Part shown: positions 8,067 through 15,956 of the stretch, one piece after another
Position numbering within the stretch: position 1 is the first letter of the stretch
Layout of the letters: each line of letters starts with the position of its first letter
Assembly: GCA_964424935.1 (NCBI GenBank)
Contig: CAYRLP010000001.1
Location: forward strand, 1 to 30,111
Length of the DNA: 30,111 nt
Reading direction: 5' to 3'
From: an uncultured Bacteroides sp.
Lineage (GTDB): Bacteria > Bacteroidota > Bacteroidia > Bacteroidales > GCA-2748055
Position numbers and translations under genes: made by a program
The notes under the pieces: model-generated
Seen by the model: the letters and a program-made list of their open reading frames with translations, nothing else
The model's database searches: none
Told to the model about the DNA's origin: nothing

Positions 8067-9518
8067 ATGATCACTTCCCGCTTTCTTTATCATGTCCTGT
8101 TCCTGGGAATAGTCCTCTCCGGATGCTCTTCCAAAAGCGATCAGGAAATACAACAGTACCAGCGTCCCAACATCATCTATATCCTGGCAGACGACCTGGG
8201 GTATGGTGATCTGGGTTGCTACGGCCAGGAAAAGATTTCCACTCCTCATCTGGATGAGCTGGCCAGGAGAGGAGTCCGGTTTACCAGGCATTATTCAGGC
8301 AGTACCGTTTGTGCTCCTTCCCGTTCCGTGCTGATGACAGGCTTGCATACCGGACATACTCCCATCAGGGGAAACCGGGAGATCAGGCCGGAAGGACAAT
8401 GGCCCCTGCCCGATTCAGTAGTGACGCTGGCCGAACAGCTGAAAACGGCGGGATACGTTACAGGGGCCTTCGGGAAATGGGGTCTGGGCTTTCCCGGATC
8501 AGAGGGGGATCCCGTAAATCAGGGCTTTGACTATTTCTTCGGGTACAATTGCCAGCGCTTTGCCCACCGATATTACCCTGCTTATCTGTGGGAAAATGAA
8601 AAAAAGATATACCTGGAAGGGAATGACTGGAGCCGCACGGAATCCTATGCTCCGGACCGGATCCAGCAGAAAGCCATTGAATTTATCCGGCAAAATCGCG
8701 ATACCTCCTTTTTTGCTTTCCTGCCGATAACCATCCCCCATGCGGAGCTGATCATTCCGGATGATGAACTGTTCAGGCAATATCTGGGTAAATTTCCTGA
8801 AACCCCTTATGTGGGAAGAGAAGGATCGGATTATGGTCCGGCTTTGGTGATAGGAAGTTACTGCAGCCAGGAGAATCCGCATGCCACGTTCGCTGCCATG
8901 GTCGCGCGCCTGGACGGATACGTGGGGGAGATCATAGATGTGGTGGAAGAACTGGGGCTGTCTGAAAATACAGTGATTATGTTTACAAGCGACAACGGTC
9001 CCCATCTGGAAGGGGGAGCGGATCCTGGATTTTTTAAAAGCAATGGAGGCCTGCGGGGATTTAAAAGGGATCTTTATGAAGGAGGCATCCGGGTTCCTTT
9101 CATTGTTGCCTGGCCCGGCACCATTGAGCCTGGAAGGGAGTCGGATCATCCATCCGCATTCTGGGATGTGCTTCCCACCCTGGCAGAACTGGTCGGTTTT
9201 GAGGACGGACAGACAGACGGGATCTCTTTTCTTCCCGAGTTGCTCGGTAAACAACAGACCGAACATACCTACCTGTACTGGGAATTTCATGAAAGGGGAG
9301 GCGCTCAGGCCATCCTGATGGGTCCGTGGAAGGCGGTCAGGCTGAATGTGGGAAAGGATCCCCAGGCTCCGCTGGAATTGTACAATCTGGATGAAGATCC
9401 CCGGGAGGGTACCAATGTGGCCGCATCACATCCGGAACTGGTAAAGACCCTCGCAGAGTTCATGGAAGGGGCGCGGAAACCGTCGGAAACATTTAATTTC
9501 GGCAGATCAGGGAACTGA
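8067..9518 (+). CDS. Arylsulfatase (Cys-type formylglycine sulfatase), predicted lipoprotein
   Basis: RPNIIYILADDLGYGD, CAPSRSVLMTG (CxPxR), GKWGLG, FTSDNG and KRDLYEGGIRVP. Lipobox IVLSGC. The 7671 start is an extension antisense to mtaB. Confidence 0.93.
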   Translation: MITSRFLYHVLFLGIVLSGCSSKSDQEIQQYQRPNIIYILADDLGYGDLGCYGQEKISTPHLDELARRGVRFTRHYSGSTVCAPSRSVLMTGLHTGHTPIRGNREIRPEGQWPLPDSVVTLAEQLKTAGYVTGAFGKWGLGFPGSEGDPVNQGFDYFFGYNCQRFAHRYYPAYLWENEKKIYLEGNDWSRTESYAPDRIQQKAIEFIRQNRDTSFFAFLPITIPHAELIIPDDELFRQYLGKFPETPYVGREGSDYGPALVIGSYCSQENPHATFAAMVARLDGYVGEIIDVVEELGLSENTVIMFTSDNGPHLEGGADPGFFKSNGGLRGFKRDLYEGGIRVPFIVAWPGTIEPGRESDHPSAFWDVLPTLAELVGFEDGQTDGISFLPELLGKQQTEHTYLYWEFHERGGAQAILMGPWKAVRLNVGKDPQAPLELYNLDEDPREGTNVAASHPELVKTLAEFMEGARKPSETFNFGRSGN

Positions 9519-9554
9519 TTACTGTCCCTGAAATGCTGATAATCCAGGGTATTT

Positions 9555-10286
9555 TCAGATATCCGGCGGGGCACTGTTTTTAAGGGGCCCTCTTGCTTTC
9601 CTGTACGGACAATTTTTCATAGGGCAGGGCTCACAGGGATAATCCTGGTACTCCACCCGGGTTCCGATCCCTATTATGCCGCTAATCGATTTAACAGGCT
9701 TCATCAGTGAAGATTCCAGCAGGGAGATGCCACAGCATCCTTCAGGGAACAGGCTGAACAGTTTTTTCTGTTCAGAGACATTCCAGGAGCAATAGCCCGG
9801 ACTGTATCGGTTTGTTGTCCGGAGACCATGATTGCCGGCAAGTATCCGGACCTGTCCCTCCAACTGGTCAGCAACAGAATCAACCAGGGCCGAAGCAACA
9901 AGGTCTGCCAGGTAGCCTTCCAGATAGTTGCCGCTGGTCAGCAATGAACGGGCCAGAGTCTCCGGTTCGGGACCCAGGGTGACCAGAAAAAAAACATAAT
10001 ATTTGGCATTGCGCAACATCCAGTGGACGATTTTACCCGTGTTAAATACTTTTCCCTGAATGGCTAGGCTGTCGCGCGATTCGGATGCGGATGCTTTAAC
10101 CAGAACATAAGCCCCGGCCGGGGAGCTGATTTGAATACACTCCCTGATATAATGGTCCAGGAGCCGTGATGTATGTGCATCAGTCATTCCCGGTTGCTCA
10201 CCAAGGAGTTTGAGAAGCTCCCCCGCTTCAACCCGGATCCCGGTTTTATCCACGGAAATTTCCCTGGGAGTAAGAAACGGTTGCAT
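9555..10286 (-). CDS. Stand-alone B12-dependent methionine synthase activation-domain-like protein
   Basis: FLVTLG, GYLADLVASALVD, RYSPGYCSW and SSLMKPVKSISGIIG, plus C-terminal CEPCPMKNCPYR. Confidence 0.8.
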   Translation of the reverse strand: MQPFLTPREISVDKTGIRVEAGELLKLLGEQPGMTDAHTSRLLDHYIRECIQISSPAGAYVLVKASASESRDSLAIQGKVFNTGKIVHWMLRNAKYYVFFLVTLGPEPETLARSLLTSGNYLEGYLADLVASALVDSVADQLEGQVRILAGNHGLRTTNRYSPGYCSWNVSEQKKLFSLFPEGCCGISLLESSLMKPVKSISGIIGIGTRVEYQDYPCEPCPMKNCPYRKARGPLKNSAPPDI

Positions 10287-10290
10287 CCGG

Positions 10291-10298
10291 TGAATATA
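10291..10298 (-). promoter_or_regulatory. Variant -7 box TATATTCA, 4 nt before ATG 10286
   Basis: TATATTCA-CCGG-ATG. Two mismatches to TAnnTTTG but the same spacing as three other genes. Confidence 0.4.
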
Positions 10299-10360
10299 AA
10301 GGAATTTGTTAAAATAAACTTAAATCCTCTCCGGGATGAGTTCAACGGGCCTTCCCTTAT

Positions 10361-10368
10361 TAACTTTG
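10361..10368 (+). promoter_or_regulatory. -7 promoter box TAACTTTG upstream of the DUF4395 gene
   Basis: Exact TAnnTTTG match in a divergent intergenic region, 20 nt before ATG 10389. Confidence 0.55.
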
Positions 10369-10388
10369 GATTCTGATAAAGGGATACT

Positions 10389-10850
10389 ATGAAAATGTTT
10401 GCACAATTGGTCTGTCCGGTATCCAAGGAACGGGTGGATGAAAACCGGGTCAGGGTAACCGCCCTGGAAGTCGTTGCTGTGATGGGAGCTTATTTTGTGA
10501 CTCAAAATGCCCTGTTTCCGGCATTGCTGGCCGTTGATTTCTTTATCCGGGCCTTTACAAGGTTACCCTACAGTCCACTTAGCTGGCTGAGTCATAATAT
10601 CGTTAAAATGGTGGGGACCAACCCGGTCCTTATTGACAAAGCCCCCAAGGTTTTTGCAGCCAGGATCGGATTTCTGTTAACACTGATTATTACTGTTGCA
10701 TCCCTGCTGAACCTGGCTTTACTCAGCTATATTGTGGGAGCCACCCTGGTCCTATTTGCATTCCTGGAATGCGGTCTTAACTTCTGTATGGGATGCTGGA
10801 TCTATACCGTCATTGTCTATCCGCTGGTAAGAAATAAGAGCAGGGATTAA
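10389..10850 (+). CDS. DUF4395-family membrane protein
   Basis: VDENRVRVTA, VDFFIRAF, APKVFAARIG and FLECGLNFCMGC motifs. Several TM helices. Confidence 0.82.
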   Translation: MKMFAQLVCPVSKERVDENRVRVTALEVVAVMGAYFVTQNALFPALLAVDFFIRAFTRLPYSPLSWLSHNIVKMVGTNPVLIDKAPKVFAARIGFLLTLIITVASLLNLALLSYIVGATLVLFAFLECGLNFCMGCWIYTVIVYPLVRNKSRD

Positions 10851-10913
10851 CCTCAGTTTTTCCCAATGTCCCGTTAAAACCTCCCTGTTATTCGAAGGTT
10901 TATTTTATCTTGT

Positions 10914-11303
10914 ATGCTGGCTTTTTCCTTTACTGCAGTAATGCCGGCACAGGACTTGGACACGAAAAAAGAAAAACTGGCCGTATTGTGGGTATCAGGC
11001 GATCCCGTTGTGGCAGAGAAATCCTGCCTGATGTATACCCACGCAGCCAAGAGATACGGATGGTTCGATGAAGTGGTTCTAATAGTCTGGGGCTCCTCTT
11101 CCCTTTTACTTGCAGAAAATGAGAAACTCCAGGAAATAGTGAAGGAATTGATTCGTGACGGGGTTATTCTGGAGGCCTGTATCGCTTGCTCTGACCTGTT
11201 GGGGGTCACCGACGAACTTCTGGCACTTGGGATCGATGTGAAAGGCATGGGACAGCTTCTCACCCATTACCTGAAGAGTGGTTATCACGTTCTTACCTAC
11301 TAG
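10914..11303 (+). CDS. DsrE/DsrF-like family protein
   Basis: KLAVLWVSGD, GWFDEVVLIVWG and GVILEACIACSD (CxxC). Start uncertain (see findings). Confidence 0.8.
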   Translation: MLAFSFTAVMPAQDLDTKKEKLAVLWVSGDPVVAEKSCLMYTHAAKRYGWFDEVVLIVWGSSSLLLAENEKLQEIVKELIRDGVILEACIACSDLLGVTDELLALGIDVKGMGQLLTHYLKSGYHVLTY

Positions 11304-11382
11304 GTACCGGTTTTTTTACTGCCAATCTGTCTGCCTGGAATCCATGGCGTGATATTTGGACATCAATCTGAAATTGTTTTGG

Positions 11383-13611
11383 ATGATTCGTGTAGGTAAA
11401 ATAAAAGATCTTTATAAACATCTTACGCAGCTGGTTTCGGACCGACGGGTGAAAGATGCCCTGGATGTTCTGAACAGAATGGTGGGTGAGTGCGGGTATA
11501 GCGACTTTTTTATACAAGAGGAGCACCTGGAACACACCTATGAACAGATGCTGAATTATATGCTGGAAGGAGTGCAGGATCCCGAAAGGGACAAAGTCTA
11601 TCAGAAATTGCTGACTTCCATTCTGGAACTGGCCGACCGGGTGAAGGACCGTTTGATGGAATATCATTCCGGATGGCATACCTATATTCTGAAACAGGAA
11701 GTGGACCGGCAACAGGAACTCACCGGAAAGCGTGTGATTGAAACCATGGATGACCTTTCGTTTAAGAGAGAGCTGGATGAAATGATCGATGAGGCACAGG
11801 TTACCCCTGAAGCCAATGACGAGGGTCGGCGGAGACTTTCGGCCGATATTTTCAAACACCTATGGCTAAGCAACCGGTATAATGAGGCTGAAAACAGTTT
11901 ATCGGCAGCCATCATTTCCTGCAAGGAATTTCTTTGGTATGAGAAGGCGCTGTATATCAGCGCTATTCTATTATCGGGGTTGCGATACTGGGATGAGGAA
12001 AAGGTGCACCGGCTCATCGATTTTACCGAGGAGGAAGACCAGGAAGTCTCGGCCCGTGCGTTGGTGGCCGTGATCATACTGCTCTACAAGTATGACCTCA
12101 GGGTAGAATTCTACCCCAATATTATTCACCGCCTGAGCCTTCTGAAGGAGGATCTGAAACTGGAACAGAACCTGGAACGGATTGCATTGCAGTTGATCCG
12201 TACACGGGACACTCTTGAAATTGGAAGGAAATTGCAGGAAGATCTGATGCCCGAGATGGCGAAATTAAAGCCAAAGCTGGAGGATAAGCTGAAGATGGAT
12301 GACATCCGTGATGAATCGCTGGAAGAGGGGAGGAATCCTGACTGGGAATCCATGTTCAGCGAGTCGGATGATCTGTACAAAAAGGTGGATGAGTTTATGA
12401 AGCTGCAGATGGAAGGAGCCGATGTGTACATGACCACCTTTGCCCATTTAAAACAGTTCCCTTTTTTCAGGGAACTGACCAACTGGCTGGTTCCGTTTCA
12501 CAAGGAGAACCCGGATCTGAAAGAGATTTATGATTCCAGAAGTGAGAGCTTTGATCCGGATGTTTTTGTGGATGGTCTCAAGAAAACCCCTTTTCTCTGC
12601 AACAGTGATAAGTATAGCTTTATTTTCAACATTCGCTACCTGCCCGAGGAACAAAAACAAATGCTTTCCACGGCCTTTTTGATGGAAATGGAGGGTATGC
12701 ATGAATTGCTGGAGGATGAAAAGCTGACGTCGGGTGATTTTACCAGGAGAACCGTATTTATCCAGTACATCCAGGATCTTTACCGATTTTTTAAAATCTC
12801 TCCCTTTAAGAATGAGTTTGAAGATGTTTTCGGGGGCAAGCTGGACCTTTATCGTTCCGATTTCTTCAGGCAGTTAGTCGAAAATGATTCCATTACCCGG
12901 AACATAGCGGAATATCTGTTTGAGAAAGACCATTTTGAAGAGGCTCTGGATATTTTCAAAATGTTGCTTCAGACGCAGGGGGGTGACAGGGAGCTGCTTG
13001 AAAAGGCGGGCTACTGCAATCAGAAGATGGGAAATTTCAGAGAGGCGGTTCAGTTTTACCAGCAAATAAGTTTAAGCGGCGAACCGAATCTCTGGACCCT
13101 GAAAAACATGGGACAATGCTTCCGGAATTACGGTGACTACACCCGGGCTCTTGAAACTTATAAAAAAGCAGCCGCTCTGCAGCCTGACGATCAAACCATT
13201 GAATCATTGATCGGATTTTGCCATCTGAAGCTGGGCGATTATAATACGGCCCTCAAGCACTATTTCAAAATTGAGTACCTGAATCCAGGGAATACGCATA
13301 TTCTCCGTCCTATTGCATGGTGTTATTTTGCCATGGGCGAACCGGAAAAATCGGATAAATACTTCAGGAAAGTATTTGATGGGAAACCTGGATATTATGA
13401 TTATATCAACTACGGGCATCTGCAATGGGCCCAGGGAAACAAAAGAGATGCTGTGGAGTTTTATCTTCAGTCCCTACGCGATCTGAACTTTGAAATGTCA
13501 GATTTTCTGAAGGCCATGGAGGAGGACCGTTCCATACTTGTGGCGAATGGGATCAATCAGAAGGATATTCCCCTGATGCTTGATTATCTGCACTATCGCT
13601 TGATGAAATAA
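11383..13611 (+). CDS. Large tetratricopeptide-repeat protein
   Basis: C-terminal TPRs (e.g. NLWTLKNMGQCFRNYGDYTRALETYKKAAALQP). Helical N-terminal region of unknown function. Start at 11383 (ATG) or 11356 (TTG). Confidence 0.8.
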   Translation: MIRVGKIKDLYKHLTQLVSDRRVKDALDVLNRMVGECGYSDFFIQEEHLEHTYEQMLNYMLEGVQDPERDKVYQKLLTSILELADRVKDRLMEYHSGWHTYILKQEVDRQQELTGKRVIETMDDLSFKRELDEMIDEAQVTPEANDEGRRRLSADIFKHLWLSNRYNEAENSLSAAIISCKEFLWYEKALYISAILLSGLRYWDEEKVHRLIDFTEEEDQEVSARALVAVIILLYKYDLRVEFYPNIIHRLSLLKEDLKLEQNLERIALQLIRTRDTLEIGRKLQEDLMPEMAKLKPKLEDKLKMDDIRDESLEEGRNPDWESMFSESDDLYKKVDEFMKLQMEGADVYMTTFAHLKQFPFFRELTNWLVPFHKENPDLKEIYDSRSESFDPDVFVDGLKKTPFLCNSDKYSFIFNIRYLPEEQKQMLSTAFLMEMEGMHELLEDEKLTSGDFTRRTVFIQYIQDLYRFFKISPFKNEFEDVFGGKLDLYRSDFFRQLVENDSITRNIAEYLFEKDHFEEALDIFKMLLQTQGGDRELLEKAGYCNQKMGNFREAVQFYQQISLSGEPNLWTLKNMGQCFRNYGDYTRALETYKKAAALQPDDQTIESLIGFCHLKLGDYNTALKHYFKIEYLNPGNTHILRPIAWCYFAMGEPEKSDKYFRKVFDGKPGYYDYINYGHLQWAQGNKRDAVEFYLQSLRDLNFEMSDFLKAMEEDRSILVANGINQKDIPLMLDYLHYRLMK

Positions 13612-13614
13612 AAA

Positions 13615-13695
13615 ATAGCGGTCCGATATTGAAGAAAAAAAGCCATGGAATTCAACCCGTCTCTATGAGAATGGAATGTAGTATCGAACCGCTAT
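13615..13695. repeat. Inverted repeat (15-bp arms, about 50-nt spacer) between convergent genes
   Basis: ATAGCGGTCCGATAT (13615-13629) pairs with GTATCGAACCGCTAT (13681-13695), with one mismatch and one G-T. Confidence 0.55.
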
Positions 13696-13758
13696 AATTA
13701 TAAATAAGAACGTAAATTCTATAAAACAAATATAGGTAATTCAATCAATCTATCATCG

Positions 13759-14631
13759 TCAGAAATAACTAAAATCAGGCCCTTTGTCAAAAAAATCACC
13801 TAAAATACGGTTTGCAAGCCGGCTGGCGCCGATTCTGAACCGCTCCCTGTTCAACCATTCAGTACCCAGAATTTCCTTCACAATGTGATAATAGAGCAGT
13901 GCGGTCGGGGGATCGGAGATACCTCCTGCGGGTTTTATACCGATTTTCTTCCCCGTCCGGTTGTAATAATCCCTTATGGCACAACACATGATGGCCATGG
14001 CTTCAGGAGTGGCTCCCGGTGAAATCTTGCCCGTGGAAGTCTTAATGAAATCGGCACCGGCCCCGATAGCCAGCAGGGAGGCTTTGCGAATAAGTGAGAA
14101 ATCCTTCAAACTTCCGGTCTCCAGGATCACTTTCAGGTGAACGGATCCTATGCGCTGTTTGATGACATGGATCTCGTAATGCACATAATCGAGATCATCC
14201 ATCAGAAATTTACCGACCGGCATGACCAGATCAATCTCTTCAGCACCCTGCTCGATGGCCTGTTCGATTTCCATTACCTTGATATTCGTAAAAGTCTGGG
14301 AAGCCGGGAATCCCCCTCCTACTGAAGCAATGCTTATAAGCGGATTATCCAGTATTTCTTTGACCACGGATACAAGTTCTGGATAGATACAGATTGCTGC
14401 AATGGAAGGCATGGCCGGATATGCCTCAGCCAGCTTATTTACTTTGTCACATAATTCCGATACATTCCAAATGTTGTCCTGTTCACTTAATGTGGTCAGG
14501 TCGATCAGCCCAAAGATCTGCTTCAACAACTCTTTGTTGTCGCCCTCAGGAATGGCTTTCTTTGACCTTTCCACCAGTTTTTGAACCTCTTCCGGATCAA
14601 CGGAAAGGTTAAAATCGGACAGGATGTTCAT
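13759..14631 (-). CDS. deoC: Deoxyribose-phosphate aldolase
   Basis: IDLTTL, AAICIYP, GGFP, EIDLV, LKVILETG, ADFIKTSTGK, GIKPAGGI and FRIGAS. Confidence 0.95.
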   Translation of the reverse strand: MNILSDFNLSVDPEEVQKLVERSKKAIPEGDNKELLKQIFGLIDLTTLSEQDNIWNVSELCDKVNKLAEAYPAMPSIAAICIYPELVSVVKEILDNPLISIASVGGGFPASQTFTNIKVMEIEQAIEQGAEEIDLVMPVGKFLMDDLDYVHYEIHVIKQRIGSVHLKVILETGSLKDFSLIRKASLLAIGAGADFIKTSTGKISPGATPEAMAIMCCAIRDYYNRTGKKIGIKPAGGISDPPTALLYYHIVKEILGTEWLNRERFRIGASRLANRILGDFFDKGPDFSYF

Positions 14632-14966
14632 TGTAAGGGTCTTGAATTCTTCAATTTATCATTTTGTTGATGACGTTCAGAATCACGTACTGATTTTTTC
14701 TGCAGATTCATTTCAAAGGCCTTCTCGAGGTCAATCCCCGTTTGATTGGCCAGGCAGATCAACACAAAAAGCACATCTGCAAGTTCGTCGGCCAGATCCA
14801 ATCCGCCGGTCCTGGCCGATTGCTCTCCGTACTCGCGTGCAATGATTCTGGCCACCTCTCCCACCTCTTCGGTAAGGATCGCCATATTGGTCAGTTCATT
14901 AAAGTAACGAACCCCATAACTTTTTATCCATTTGTCTACAGCGTTCTGGGCTTCCTGCAAGGTCAT
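14628..14966 (-). CDS. MazG-like nucleotide pyrophosphohydrolase
   Basis: LTEEVGEVAR and LADELADVLFVLICLANQTGIDL acidic metal-binding motifs. Confidence 0.9.
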   Translation of the reverse strand: MTLQEAQNAVDKWIKSYGVRYFNELTNMAILTEEVGEVARIIAREYGEQSARTGGLDLADELADVLFVLICLANQTGIDLEKAFEMNLQKKSVRDSERHQQNDKLKNSRPLQ

Positions 14967-15418
14967 TATTCCCTTATTTTAGAGTCTATAGGTATGGTTA
15001 CGGGTCCGTCGTTGATCAGGTTTACCTGCATGTAGGCCCCGAACTCACCTGTTACTACCGGCTTTCCAAGTTCCATATGCATCTGCTCAATAAAGGCCTG
15101 ATACAACGGAATAGCTGTTTCCGGTTTTGCCGCTTTACTATAAGACGGCCGGTTCCCTTTCCTGGTGCTTGCATGCAGGGTGAACTGGCTGATTATCATT
15201 ATATCCCCATTCACATCAAGCAGGGAAAAATTCATCACCCCGGTGGAATCCCGGAAGACTCTAAGCCGGCAGATTTTTCCACTCAGCCATTCGATGTCTT
15301 CCCTGTCATCCGATTCTTCAATACCCAGCAGAACGACCAAACCGGGACCTATCTTACGGGTCCCTTCGTTTTCAATAGTCACAGTTGCAGCAGTCACTTT
15401 TTGAATTACCGCTCTCAT
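14966..15418 (-). CDS. dtd: D-aminoacyl-tRNA deacylase
   Basis: MRAVIQKV, SQFTL, KGNRPSY, TGEFGAYM and NDGPVT. Confidence 0.96.
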   Translation of the reverse strand: MRAVIQKVTAATVTIENEGTRKIGPGLVVLLGIEESDDREDIEWLSGKICRLRVFRDSTGVMNFSLLDVNGDIMIISQFTLHASTRKGNRPSYSKAAKPETAIPLYQAFIEQMHMELGKPVVTGEFGAYMQVNLINDGPVTIPIDSKIRE

Positions 15419-15840
15419 GAGAGGTTTTCATTGACCATTCGATAGAGGGCCAGACGGTTAATAGGTTTGGCAATGTAGTCATTGAAGCCCGCCTCGAGAC
15501 AACGGTTCCGGTCATTATTCATGGTGTAGGCTGTCTGTGCAATAATAGGTATGGAGGGATGACGGGATTTAATGATCCGCATGGCTTCATAACCATCCAT
15601 GACCGGCATATTCAGGTCCATGAGTATCAGATCGACTTTTCCCTCGTGTTTGGCTATTATATCAATGGCCTCTTTCCCGTTTCTCGCACGGAGAACCTTT
15701 GCATTGGCCCTTTGAAGAAGTGTTTTCAGGTAATAGAAATTAACCTCTTCATCTTCGGTGATCAGAACCACCCGGTTGTTCCAGTGGTAGTCGGGCATAC
15801 CCATGATGGGGACATCCTTTTTAGCCTGTTGCTTTTTCAT
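15415..15840 (-). CDS. Single-domain (CheY-like) response regulator
   Basis: VLITEDEE, LILMDLNMPVMDG, AQTA and YIAKP. No output domain. Confidence 0.9.
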   Translation of the reverse strand: MKKQQAKKDVPIMGMPDYHWNNRVVLITEDEEVNFYYLKTLLQRANAKVLRARNGKEAIDIIAKHEGKVDLILMDLNMPVMDGYEAMRIIKSRHPSIPIIAQTAYTMNNDRNRCLEAGFNDYIAKPINRLALYRMVNENLS

Positions 15841-15956
15841 GGAATCGCTTTCGTCTCATGTTATGAAGAACATTAGCTAATAAACAGGAAAAAGTAAAAG
15901 GGGTGGAAGAAATTTTTTAACAATTTGTTTTTGACGGGGTAAGCTTCTGTTTTTTT

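Noticed and set aside
7671-8291. Long N-terminal extensions making the sulfatase (from 7671) and mtaB (from 8291) overlap head-to-head
   Set aside because: Family N-termini, the lipoprotein signal and the promoter box place the starts at 8067 and 7982, leaving a normal divergent gap.
10914-11303. Selenocysteine recoding in DsrE-like or other genes, prompted by mnmH
   Set aside because: The redox motifs use Cys codons, the upstream interruption is TAA rather than TGA, and the recognised genes appear full length.
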